Positions 49,324 through 62,894 of a stretch of DNA of 64,000 nt are shown here, piece by piece. Position 1 is the first letter of the stretch. Each line of letters starts with the position of its first letter. This DNA comes from Chiloscyllium plagiosum. Taxonomy: Eukaryota. Where the stretch lies: assembly GCF_004010195.1 (NCBI RefSeq), contig NC_057750.1:12989369-13053368 (forward strand). Reading direction: 5' to 3'. The translations under genes were made by a program, and so were the position numbers. The notes below the pieces were generated by a model. That model was given only the letters and a program-made list of their open reading frames with translations, did not search any database and was not told the origin of the DNA.

Positions 49324-52300
49324 TCGCGAAACATTCAATCTGCTTTCTCTCCACAGATGCTCCCAGACTTGCTGAGCTTTTCCAGCCATTGCTGCTTTTG
49401 TTTCTGACGTCAATCATGTTGGTTGGTGTTACAAACCTATCTGGTTCATTGACACTCCCTCAGGGGAGGAAATAGACCATAACATTTCAAAGATTTGAAA
49501 TATTAAGTAGGTCAGACTCATTAGCCCAATCCCTACATTGCTATTCTCCATAGCTTTAATAGGGGAATTAGTGATGCTAGTCATTGTGGTCTAGTCACTG
49601 AACTAGCCAACAACTAACACTTTGGCGATCTCGGTTCAAATCCCACGAGTGGAGTTTAATTTATTTTTTGTTAGAACATGCCAAATTATAAGTGACCATG
49701 AAAATAGCATTGACTAAAAACCCATTGAGTTTACTAATGCCCTTGAGGGAGGGAAATCTGCCTTCCTTACCCAGTCTGGCCTACACATGACCCCATGAGA
49801 TATAGAAGCAGAATTAGGCCATTCAGCCCATCAAGTCTGCTCCATCATTCATAGGGTCATAGAGATGTACAGCATGGAAACAGACCCTTCGGTCCAACCC
49901 ATCCATGCTGACCAGGTATCCCAACCCGATCTAGTCCCACCTGCCAGCACCCGGTTCAATTATGACTCAGATGTTTTTCAATTCCATTCTCCCTGTAACC
50001 CTTGATTCCCTTACAAAACAAGAACCAGTCTATCTCTGTCCTAAAGACACCCAATGACTTGGCTTCCACAGCCTTCTGCGGCAATGTGTTCTAAACTGCC
50101 ATCCTAAACCAGTCTGATCTATATGTGACTCCAGGCCCTCAGCAATGTCCCCAAGGCATAGTCAATAATCACTGAGTGAGTTGGTGACTCCCCCATCCTG
50201 TGAATGAATTAATTTAAAAAAAAAGGCAGGCAGGGTTCTCTGATTCTACCCGGCAACCCCGCTGAGATTTTGATTGGCTGTGAGTCAGATTTGAGTTTGA
50301 TTCCAATAGATCACACATCTTCCCCAAATCTTTTGTCCCTCTTTGGCCAGTAGCCACATGGGAACATCTGTTCACCCCTAAGCTACGGATCATCCTGACT
50401 GAGAGCGCTATTGCTGTTCCTTCAGTGTGGCTGGGTCAAAATCCTGGAACACCTCCCCCGAGGAGGCGTCTCTATGCCAACATGGACTGCAGCAGTTCAA
50501 GAAGGCAGCTCTCCCCCATCTTCTCAAGGACCAGACATCCTGGTCTTCTCTTTGACAACTGGGTCCCTAAACAAGAATAAGGAACATGGTGGCTTGGTGG
50601 TTAGCACTGCTGCCTCACAGCGCCAGGGACCTGGGTTCAATTCCAGTCTCAGGTGACTGTCTGTGTGGGTTTCCTCCAGGTGCTCTGGTTTCCTCCCATA
50701 GTCCAAAGAAATGCAGGATTTAGGTGTGGCCATGCTGAATTGCCCATATTGTCTCGGGGTGTGCAGGTTGGGTGGATTAGCCATGGGAACTGTAGGGGTG
50801 TGGGTCTGGATTGGATACTTTTCAGAGAGTTGGTGTGGACTTGATGGGCTGAATGGCCTGCTTTCACAGGGTAAGGGTTCGACACACTCTCTGGGTTGGG
50901 ATGCTCACTTTTGCGTGTGTAGGTGGAGAGATAGGGAGATGTACAACAGGACCTGGGACAAAGCCATAGCCATTTTTCATTGTCCAACCAACTGATGGGC
51001 CAAAGGACCTTTCTGGCTTGCCTATGATGAGGTTAAGTCAGGATTGGGGGCGGGAAAGCCCAGTTGGCCGGTTGGCAATGCAAAGGGACATCAACAGCCT
51101 AGGTTCAATTTCCACACCATAGAACACAGAACAGAACAGCAGAGTCAGGCCCTTCGGCCCTCGATGTTGTGCCAGCCTTTTATCTTACTCTCAGATCAAA
51201 CTACCTACATACCCTTCAATTTACTATCACCCAAGTGCCTATAACAAGAGACCTGATGAGGGGCTCAATCATGCCCCTCACCCGAGGCATAGTGACCCTC
51301 AGGTTAAACCTCTCTCCGTGCTCTGTCATCCCTCTGTAACAGGGAGCCAGCCTTTGGCCTCAGTGGCCTGTGTCCACTTTACAACACTCCCGAGATTCCA
51401 AAGCCCATTGAGGGTTAACATCGAGCAGCCAATCCGATTCCGGCCGGTAAGCTTCCTCCGGCTTAACCTTATTATTTCGAGTTCCTCGTGGCGAGGAGGG
51501 GAAAGAGAAAGCACTCAGACTAAATCAATGGCCTACCACATACATTTCCAATTCAGAGAGGTAATGGCTGCCCTATTAGAGCTTCAAACAATCAGAATAC
51601 CAGGGCTCAAATTGAGATCTGATTACAAAAGCTGTTGATCTGTTCTCATTTCCATATGCAGCCATCCTCGGGACAAGTCCATGGATTTGCAGAGGGGAAT
51701 GTAGGCAGTCTGGTTTTGATTCAGGCTACGATGGTGCGGAGTTCGGATGGGGGGATGGGCCCTGTACACCTACGTACGCCCTTAGAAACCATTCAAGGTA
51801 TAAAATCTCAGCATTAGAGTCTTTTGCCTCCTCCTGCCCTCTCCCAACTCTGCAGAATCTAGCTATACAGTGATTAGCTTTATGATTCTTGATGCCCGAA
51901 ACGTCGATTCTCCTGCTCCTCGGACGCTGCCTTGACCGGCTGTGCTTTTCCAGCACCACACTCTGAACTCCAGCACCTACAGTCCTCACTTTCTCCGTAT
52001 GGTGACAACTTAGATTCCAGGAAGTTTACTCGGTTGATTCCGGAGTTGGGAGGGTTGGGCTTTTGTGGACAGACTGACTAGACCGAGACTATACTCACTG
52101 GAATTGAGAAGAATGAGGGGAGAATTTCATGGAAACATGCAAAATTATGAAGGGAATAGAAGCAGGGGGGCTGTTTGCACCAGTGGGTGGAACTATAACT
52201 AAGGGGCATAGACTGAAAATAAGGGGGGAGCAGATCTAGGACTGAGTTAAGGAGAAACCTCTTCACCAAAGGGTTGTGGATCTGTGGGATTCCCCGCCCA

Positions 52301-53802
52301 GTTGGGGTTACCTCATTGAAAGTCTTTAAGGCCAAGACAGATTTTTGAACTGTAAAGGAATTAAGGGGTATGGTGAGAGGGTGGGTAAATGGAGCTGAGG
52401 CCGCAAAGAGGTCAGCCATGATCTTTCCCCTCTCACTCTAAACCTCCAGTTCTGGACTCCCCCAAACCTCAGGGGAAAGACCTTGCCTATTTACCCTATC
52501 CATGCCCCTCATGATTTTATAAACCCCTCTATCAGGTCACCCCTCAGCCTCCGACGCTTCAGGGAAAACAGCCCCAGCCTGTTCAGCCTCTCCCTGTAGC
52601 TCAGATCGTCCAACCCTGGCAAGGTGATGATGCAGTGATAATGTCACTGAGCCCATAAGCCTCAGGTTAGTGGTCAAGGGGCATGGGTTCAAAGCAGATG
52701 GTTAACATTTGAGTTCAATTGTTTTAAAAAATCTGGAATGAGGAAATCCAGTCAAATGGTGACAATGTCGATAGTTGTTTAAAAGCCCATCTGGTTCACT
52801 AATGCCCTTGAGGGAAGGGAATGTGCTGCTTAAAACACAAGCGATTCACAGCAATGCACTTTACTCTTAACTAGCCTCAGCAATAGCTATGCAAGCCATT
52901 CGGTTCAGGGACAATCGGGGATGAGCAGTAAATACCGGTCTAGCCCAGTGACACCTCCAGCCTGGAAATAAATATTCTCATGACATCTACTTTGCAACTC
53001 TTTATGTTGTTCCCTTGGAGACTGACACCAGCCTGCACCCCAATGTGTTCCAGATCCATAATAATTCTCTACTTAAGGGTGTAACTCCAAGGTCAGGCTG
53101 AGCAGTGCAGGCTGGTGGAGTCATGGTCGTGTCACTGGGCTGGTCCTCCGAAGGTACAGACTGATGTTATGGGTTCAAATCCCATCAGGGTGTAGAGATG
53201 TACAGGCTAGGAAACAGACCCTTCAGTCTGACTCCATCCTAAACTAATGTAGATCCGTTTGGCCCATATCCCTCTGGACCCTTCCTATTCCTATACCCAT
53301 CCAGATCCCTTGGGAATGTTGTAATTGTACCAGCCTCCATTTCCTCTGACCTGGTGAAATTTGAACTCAGTTGATTAAATCTGAATATTAGATTTGGTAA
53401 ATGGTGACCAAACCGTTGTCGCAAGTTGTAAAAACCTAGTTGATTCACCAATATCCTTTCAGGAGGGAATGATTGCCATCCTTACCTGGTCTGGTGTGTC
53501 TGTGGCTGCTGACACACAGCCGTGTGATTGATTCTGAACTGCCCTCTGAAATGGCTGAGAAAGCCACTCGGTTCAATTACTTTCAAGAGCTGTTGCGTTT
53601 TCTGTTTCAAATTGTGGGGTTACTGGCCTGTACAGGTTCCACAGGGGGTCAGTTTAGCTCAGCTGGCTGGATGGTTTGCAAAGCAGCGTGACGCTAACAG
53701 CCTGGGATTGATTCCCATCACCGACTGAGATTACTGTGAAGGGCTCCCCTTCTCAACCTCACCCCTTGTCTGAGATGAGATGACCCTCAAGTTAAGTCCC
53801 CA

Positions 53803-54478
53803 CCAGTCATAGAGTTGGAAAGCACAGAAACAGACCCTTCAGTGCAACTTGTCTATGCGTTGCTGGAAAAGCGCAGCAGGTCAGGCAGCATCCAAGGAGC
53901 AGGAGAATCGCGTTTCGGGCATGAGCCCTTCTTCAGGAAGGCCTTTCCTGAAGAAGGGCACATGCCCGCAATGTCGATTCTCCTGCTCCTTGGATGCTGC
54001 CTGACCTGCTGCGCTTTTCCAGCAACGCATTGTCAGCTCTGATCTCCAGCATCTGCAGTCCTCACTTTCTCCTACAACTTGTCTATGCTGACCATCCTAA
54101 ATTAATGTAGGCCCATATCCCTCTAAACCCTTCCTATTCATATGCACATCCAGATGCCTTTTAAATGCTGTAATTGTTCCAGCCTCCACCACTTCCTCTG
54201 GCAGCTCATTCCATACACGTACCACCCTCTGTGTGAAAACATTGCCATTAGGTCCCTTTTATATCTTTCCCCTCTCACTCTAAACCTCCAGTTCCGGACT
54301 CCCCCAAACCTCAGGGAAAAGACCTTGTCTATTTACCCTATCCATGCCCCTCATGATTTTATAAACCTCTATCAGGTCACCCCTCAGCCTCCGACGTTTC
54401 AGGGAAAACAGCCCCAGCCTATTCAGCCTCTCCCTGTAGCTCAGATCCTCCAACCCTGGCAACATCCTTGTAAATCTT
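53803..54478 (-). mobile_element. CR1 3' fragment containing a palindromic PLE-A insertion (53859-54074)
   Basis: RFTRMLPGLEDLSYRERLNRLGLFSLKRRRLRGDL on -; TSD CAACTTGTCTATGC at 53845-53858 and 54075-54088. Confidence 0.9.
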
Positions 54479-55994
54479 TCATCTCTCTCGAATGGGACAG
54501 CGACTCTATGATACAGTAAGACTGTGGCGACTTCGATAAAATATGGAGCTGGAAAGGCACAGCAGCTCAGGACTGGAACTGTTGATTCTCCTGCTCCTCC
54601 GACGCTGCCTGACCTGTTGTGCCTTTCCAACCCCACAGTTAATCGACTCTGACTTCCAACATCTGCAGTCCTCACCGTCTCCAAGACTGTGGTGACTTGA
54701 CTTGATTAGATCACACATCCCATGGAAAGATCAATAAACTCCCCTCTGTTGCTTTTCGCAAATTTTTTTCTGGATGTATCATCCTGCCGGGTTCGGCCTA
54801 CTACTCACTGAAAGCCTCGCCTGACTTTTGCATCTACCCTCAGCCTAAGAAATAATTTCACACCTGCAAAGGTGTTACATATATTTTTCTCTGCTCTGCT
54901 CATTCACCTGACCCAATTTGGGTCTCAAGTGTTCCTCTAATTCTGACTGAGCAGTGCAGGAAAAGTCAGCCTCAGTGAGCCTCACGCTTGGAGCTTAAGT
55001 GTCTTGACCCAGAGTACCAACACTCTATTCAGATTGGCACACATTACATTGGCATGGTAGCATTTGCTAATCGCCATCTTGCTGAGGGGAGCAGTAGTTC
55101 AGTTGTTTAGATTACGTTCCCTACCGGTGTGGAAACAGGCCCTTCGGCCCAACTAGTCCGCACCGACCCTTCGAAGAGTAACCCACCCAGACCCATTCCC
55201 CTACACCTAACACGACCAGCAATTTAGCATGGTCAATTCATCTAACCTGCACATTTTTGGACTGTGGGAGGAATCTCACACAGACACAGAGATAATGTGC
55301 AAACTCCACACAGACAGTCACCCGAGGCTGGAATCGAACCCGGGTCCCTGGCGCTGTGAGGCAGCAGTGCTAACCACTGAGCCAATAGTATGCAGGACAC
55401 GAGCATTCCAGTATCACCTTTTTTATCTCATCGTAACAGAAGACCAGCATATTGGCAAAACCTGAGCCAACGTTCACTTCAACCCAACTGTTACAAATAA
55501 CATTTTCTTGTGCGTTGCTGCAGTCTGAATCCCAGAATGAGTTGATTGAAACCTTCAATGGCCCCACAGGCAGATTTATCGTGTTTTACTTTTCTATGTC
55601 TGCACTATTTTGGGAAGCACTTTGAATCACAATAAAAAAAACATGGACCGCGGCTACTTTAAATAAGGAGAAGACAAAATATTCTTGTCTCAACCTATTG
55701 CATGCAACCGGGTCCTGCAAATCTCTGCTCCATACACAATACCTTCCGGCACACACACATGAAGGGGAAGGGAGGTTTGGGAGCAAGTTGTTGCTGACAA
55801 TGCCAGCCCAGGTCTCAGATGGAGTGGGGGTTTATTCCAGTCGCCTGGGGCCTGACTGCAGTGGGGCTCAGTGCCATGTCAGGAGGTCACTTCACTGTGA
55901 ACCTGCAATACCCTCATGGGGCCCTCGCCTCCAACCCACTGCCCCATGAGAATGAACTCTCACACCCCACTCATCCACATACCATTTGCCAGGG

Positions 55995-56153
55995 CATCCA
56001 TCCATCCATCTATCTGTTTATCCTTTATCATTCTTTCTGTCTGTCTGTCTGTCTGTCTGTCTACCTACCTATCTATCCTTGTATCTATCTATCTAGTTGT
56101 CCTTTATCATTCTTTCTGCCTATCCACCTATCTATCATTTATCGTTCTTTCAG

Positions 56154-56214
<61 letters not shown>

Positions 56215-56245
56215 TTATCTATCTATCCATCTATCTATCTTTCTA
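55995..56245. repeat. (TCTA)n/(TCTG)n microsatellite
   Basis: Long pure tctatcta run at ~56153-56240. Confidence 0.95.
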
Positions 56246-57949
56246 TGTCTCACTGGTGTTACCCTTCACCCAGACTGACATCATTCCAATCTGTGTATTA
56301 TTGACAGATTCCCCAGCACAGGACCTTGTGGTGATGTCAGAGATTGAAAGCCATGGTTTCATTCAGTTTTAGCTGGGAATTCTAATCCCTGTGTGTCATT
56401 GGCCAGAGGTAATGGTGATCCCACTGCCACGTGACTTCCAGTTGAAGCTGGGGCGTACTCACTGGGGGCAGTGAGTAATCACAATCAGTAACCATGAGAT
56501 TACTGACATCTGTAACTCATACACCTCGATAGCAAATCAAACCAGGTGGAAGAGGCGATGAGGATGTCTACTCATTGGGAACAGATTGCATCCCATGGAT
56601 TTAAACATTTCACTGGCTTGGCAGGCATGACATTGCAATTTTCAATAAGAATAAAATACAGATTCCAACAATTAAACAAAGAGATGTTTGAAACATTGAG
56701 ATAAGTGATATCAGGCTCAGCAAACAAGCAGAATGTCTTCAGTTTTGTATCTAATGACAATGTCAAGTGCGAAAGGGTCAGGTGTCAGACCGAGAGAGTG
56801 CGGGATTTCCCTGTTCTGTCTCCCAGTAATTCACTGAACATGTCACTCGACACTCTATCCATTGGAATTCTTTAGCAACCAGAATTTCTGGCAGTCAGAT
56901 TGTTTTTAAAAGCCTTTCAGTGTTCAAATGATGCATTCTTTAAAACAAAACAATTGTAACAAAGCAGATTGAGGAAAGGTTGAGTAGATTCTGAATTGGA
57001 ATTTAGAAGGGTGAGAGGCGACCTTATTGAAACACACATGGGGAGATTTTGAGAGGTTATTTTCCCTTGTGGGACAGGCTAGGACCAGAGGAAATAATCT
57101 CAAAATAAGGGGTCGCCTATTTAAGGCAGAGTTGAGGATGTATTTCTTCTCTCAGAGGGTGAGGTAAACAGTGGATTTCTTTACCTCAGAGGGCTGTCAA
57201 GATGGGATCGTTCAGTATATTCAAGGGTCAGATGGAGAGATTTTTCATCAGGAAGAGTATCGAGGGTCAAGGAGGTTAAGAATAATCAGATCAGCCATTG
57301 AATGACCAAAACAGACCCGATGGGCTGAATGGCCCACTTCAGCTCTTCTGTCTTATGTTGTTATGGTTCTCTGGTTTTACATTGAGATGTTGACAGTTTT
57401 GGGGTTGGGTTTTGGTTATTGTATATCAACAAAGATGTATTGCTCGGGGCAACCTTCCGTCGATCTGACAGCTGTGTGTTTTTCACAAAGCGTGTCTGGA
57501 GATCGTGGTGTTGGCTTTGTCTCCGATGGTGGGGAATTTCACTTTGACACGTTGTAGTACTGAGGCCTAGCCAGAAGCCTGACAGCTCCCCTCCAGCAGT
57601 TACTCAATTCCTCTCCAACCTTTCGTGGAGCGAGGGTGGTATTTATTCTCCAACCCTAATTGCCCCTAAACTGAGTGCCAAACTAGAGCTGTTTCAGAAG
57701 CTGGGGGTGGGAGTTAATAGTCAACCACATCGCCGTGGGCCTGGAGTCACATGTAGGTCCAGGCCAAGTAAGGACTGAAGATTTCCCTCCCGAAAGGGAG
57801 TTAGTGCTCCCGCTGGGCTTTTATAAAGATCAATGGTAACCTCACGGGTACCATCATTGAGACAAGTTTTGATTTCAAGGTTTACCATTTGAATTTAAAT
57901 TACACCAGCATGTAGTATTGTGGCCTGGTGTTTTGGATTATTCTGGGAA

Positions 57950-58420
57950 GGTTTCGCAATGTGCTGCTCCAAGAAATAATCCCCGATAAAATCCACAAAT
58001 TCGTCCTCCATGTTAGCCCTGCCTATTAATTGGAGGATTTGTCCAATTAACGTACAGATTAAAACTACCCGTGACTTGTGTTGTGTCCCTCTGACACCCC
58101 TCCACTGTTTCCCCATTTGTACTTTGTCCTACAGTGAGACGACTCAGCACGGACTGACAGATGACTCCCAACTATAACCTCCTTCCCTTCCTATTCCTTA
58201 TTTCCACCCAACTGATTCCACATCATCATCTATTGGACCTGTATGTCTCCTATAACAGTATTCCTTTACAAACAATGCCACGTTATCCCCTTTTCCTTTT
58301 TGCCTATTTTTCTGGAATATTGACTACTCTTGAAAAGTGAGTACCCAATCTTGGTCACCTTGCAACCACGTCTCTGCAAATCGTTACCAAGTCATATTCC
58401 ATTTGTTCCCATTTGCACCA
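57950..58420 (-). mobile_element. Degenerate CR1 endonuclease-region fragment
   Basis: Minus translation IGRANMEDEFVDFIGDYFLEQHIAKP resembles the CR1 APE-domain 'EF...D.FL.Q...EPT'. Confidence 0.6.
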
Positions 58421-60839
58421 TTGACTCCTCTATACTGTTACAAATCTATTCAGATAATTATCTTAAGCTTTCACTTTTCATTATTTGTAATCTCTGATTC
58501 AAACCTCTGTTGTTCCTTCTGTCCCTTCCTGTCACACTTTGATTATTGTTCAATACTTCACGATCCTACACCTCTGCTCTCTCATTTCTTCTTTCTATTT
58601 GCACTCCAGATGCATTGTATGCAGGCAGCATGGTGGCTCAGTGGTTAGCACTGCTGCCTCACATTGCCAGGGACCTGGCTTCAATTCCCAGCCTTGTGCA
58701 ACTGTCTGTGTGGAGTTTGCACATTCTCCCCGTGGTTTCCTCCCACAATCCAAAGGCGTGCAAGTGAGACTGGATTGCCCATGGTGTTTAGGGATGTGTG
58801 GGTTAGGTCGACTAGCCATGGGAAATGTAGATCGATAGGGTAGGGGTTTGGGATGGGTACCCTCTAGAAGGTTGGCATGGACTTGTTGGGCTGGATCGCC
58901 TGTTTCCACACTGTAGGGGCTCCATTCTATGATTTTGTAATTTCCCTTCAATTAATCCTTAATCAATTAGTTTAAAATCCTATCTACAAATCTAATGATA
59001 CGATTCAGGGACACTGGTCCCTACACTGTTCAAACAAAACCCATCCCAACACTGGGCCAAGTGCCCCACCTGTTTCTCCCAAAGCAATCTTGAAGCAATG
59101 TATTTACCTCTGTGATCTTATTTACTCAATGCCAACTTGCACATGGTTTAGGCAATCATCCAGAGACTATTACCTTTTGTGTGGTCTTTCATTTAATTTC
59201 TGCTGTAATCCCTCAACAGAATTTCTTCCCTAGTCCTACCCATGTCTTTGGCACCTACATGCACCACACCATAGAGTCTTAGAGATGTACAGCACGGAAA
59301 CAGACCCTTCGGTCCAGATCATCCATGCTGACCAGATATCCCAAATTAATCTAGTCCCTTTTGCCAGCGCTTGACCCATATCCCTCTAAACCCTTCCTAT
59401 TCATATACCCATCCAGGTGCCTTTTAAATGCTGTAATTGTGCCAGCCTCCACCATTTCCTCTGGCAGCTCATTCCATACACACACCACCCTCTGGGTGAA
59501 AAAGTTACCCCGTGAGTCTCTTTTACATCAGTTAATAGTCAACCATATCGCCGTGGGTGGGTTGCGCTTCGGCGGGTCGGTGTGGACTTGTTGGGCCGAA
59601 GGGCCTGTTTCCATACTGTAATGTAATCTAATCTAATCTAGTTTTGGACTCCCCTACCCTAGGGAAAAGACCTTGACTATTCGCCCTATCCATGCCCCTC
59701 ATGACTTTATAAACCTTTGCACATAGTTCTGCTATTAGTTGTGTTCCTCTGTGACCCCACATTACACAAAAATCGTTCAATGCAGACACATGTGAAATGT
59801 TGGTGATGTAATTGCATTCTAGCCAATGCACAACTTAAAAACACGCTTTTTAGAAAAAGTGTTCCCTCGGCACCCAATCACGTTAGAGCCAATTCACATT
59901 AACAGAAGACGCGTTATAGCAGAACTACCTATACAAGGTCACCCCTCAGCCTCCGACGCTCCAGGGAAAGCAGCCCCAGCTTATTCAGCCTCTCCCTTTA
60001 CCTCGAACCCTCCAACCCTGGCAATATCGTTGTTAATCTTATCATCATTACTTAGATTTAGATTACTTACAGTGTGGAAACAGGCCCTTCGGCCCAGCAA
60101 ATCCACACTGATCCTCTGAAGAGCAACCCACCCAGACCCATTCCCCTACATTTACCCCTTCACCTAACACTATAATTTAAAATGGAATATAATGGAATAT
60201 AATGGTGCTCCTCAGCTGCAATAAAGTGAACCACCCAGCCAATCAAAAGAGACAGGCAAGGAATACCCACCAATCACCTGTTTTCCTGTGAGGTCACTGT
60301 TTAGCCCTGACAGAAAGAAACATGTTGAAGGGGTTGCCTGCTCTTCGCGTTTATCCCCTGCTATCACTGCCCCTCTCACACAGCTCTGCTAGTCTCACAG
60401 GAGTTGCCGTCCCTGCGCTATCTGGGGCACAGCTGACCTCACTCTCTCCCACACAGTTTCTCAATGAATTCCCCCCCTCCCCCACCACACCTCTCTCTCT
60501 CTTTCAGATGTTCAGCCTCCTCCAGAACCAGCCACCTTCAGTGCTCCAGGCAAAGCCTGCCCGCCTCCAGCCTTTTGCCAAACGCCAGAGGCACTGCAGC
60601 GATCTCCCTCATAATTTAACGGCCCGGCTAAGATAACGGGCCATGGGTTCAAACCGGGAGAAAGTGAGGACTGCAGATGCTGGAGTACAAGAGTTGAAAA
60701 AAGTCGTGCTGGAAAAACACAGCAGGCCAGGCAGCATCCGAGGAGCAGGAGAATCGACGTTTCGGGAACCCATAACAGGGCAGCTGCTGCAATTTAAAAT
60801 TCAATTAATAAATCTGTGGAACTGAAAGCTAAGGAGCTC

Positions 60840-61760
60840 AAATCATAGAATCCCTACAGTGTGGAAGCAGGCCATTCAGCCCCTTGAGTCCACACTGACC
60901 CTCTGAACAGAATCCCCAACCAAAACCCATCCCCCCAGTCTATATTTCCCATGGCTAATCCACCTAACCTGCACATCATTGGACACTATGGGCAATTTAC
61001 CATGGCCAATCCACCCTAACCTACACATCCCTGGACACCATGGGCAATTTACCATGGCCAATCCACCCTAACCTACACATCTTTGGACTCTATGGTCAAT
61101 TTCCCATGGCTAATCCTCCTAATCTACACATCCCTGGACACCATGGGCAATATACCATAGCCAATCCACCCTAACCTATACATCTTTGGACTCTATGGTC
61201 AATTTCCCATGGCTAATCCTCCTAACCTGCATATCCCTGGACACCACAGGCAATTTACCATAGTCAATCCACCCTAACCTACACATCTTTGGAAACTATG
61301 GTCAATTTAGATTAGATTAGATTCCCTACGTATGGAAACAGGCCATTCAGCCCAAAAGGTCCACACCGACCCTCCAAAGAATAACCCACCCTATATTTAC
61401 CCGTGACTAATGCACCTAACTCTATGGGCAATTTAGTTTGGCCAGTTCTCCTGACCTACACATCTTTGGACTGCAGGAGGAAACTGGAGCACCCGGAGGA
61501 AACCCATACAGACACGGGGAGAATGTGCAAACCACACAGACGGTTACCTGAGGCTGGAATCAAACCCGGGTCCCTAGCGTTGTTAGGCAGTAGTGCTAAC
61601 CACTAAGCCTCTATGCCACCCCAATTTACCCTGGACAATCCTCCTAACCTACACATCCCTGGATACTATGGACAATTTACCATGGCCATCCAACACAACC
61701 TACACATCTTTGAACGCTATGGTCAATTTTCCATGGCCAATCCACCTAACCTACACATCT
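60840..61760 (-). repeat. HE1-derived ~51-52-bp tandem array with a second HE1 (61310-61621) inserted
   Basis: About 10 copies of atggccaatccaccctaacctacacatccctggacaccatgggcaatttacc; TSD CAATTTA at 61303-61309 and 61622-61628. Confidence 0.85.
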
Positions 61761-62894
61761 ACCACCAATGACTGTTTTTTTTAAATACGAAAACTGATCT
61801 GGTTGACTAATGGCATTCAGGGAGGGAAATCAGCGGTCCTTACTGGGTCTGGGCCTACATGTGACGCCAGACCCATGGTATTGGAGTTGACTGTCTACTG
61901 CTCTCTGAAGGGTTCAGCAAACCATTCAGCTCAAGGGGCAGTTTGGGATTGACACCAAGTGCTGGCCATGTCACTGCATCCACATGAAAGGACTCGAAGA
62001 TCTGCCAGTTACTGATCATTAAAGCATCGCCTACTCAGAGAAATAAAAGCTCATCTCAGCGCCCTTCTGCTCCTGGAATAATTGGAGCTGCCTTGGGTTT
62101 TAACACTTGCATTAGTTAAAGAACAGAAGAAATCCTCATGACTCATTAATTTGCAATCTTAGCCCCAAAAATATCTCTGCGTCAAAGATTTTTGCTGTAA
62201 GACTCGCAAACGACTATCTTTAGGAATTGACAATTAACATGAAATGATAAATAAAGCTCGCGCAAGCAATTTAAGAGGCTCCATTTGTGTTATAATGATG
62301 GGTCTGAGTTAACTTGAGAAACAGCTGCATCTTCAAGCGTACTTTTTTTGATGTTATTACCACCAGTGTCTGACGAACTCAATCACTCACACAAGAGTTC
62401 GGTTTTGTGTCGCTGTAGGATTTTATACTCATCAGGATGAAAGATTGGAATTTAATGGATCATTTTGCCTGTTCAGGCATCCAGTGTTCATAAACAGCAC
62501 CCTCAGGATAGATAATACGGCCTAGTGTGGAGTGAAGCCTCCATTTCAAAAGCTGTGGTAGAGTGATTATGTCTTGAGTTTGACAAGGCCAATGCTAATG
62601 TTCTGGGGATGTGGGTGCAATTGACCCACCAAGCCAACAATGATAGTTAAATGTAACAGAAATCTGGAATTGTTGTTAAAAACTCTTTTGGCCCGATTAT
62701 GTCCTTCAGGGCGGGAAATCTGCCACCCTTACCTGGTCTGGCCTAAACGTGACTCCAGACCCACAGCGATGTGGTTAACTCTTATCTGCCCCTTGAAATG
62801 ACCTAGCGAGCCAATCAATTAGGAATGGGTAATAAACACTGACCTTGCTGCATCCTGTAAAATAATTCTTTTAAAAAGCCTCCAGTGTCTCACA

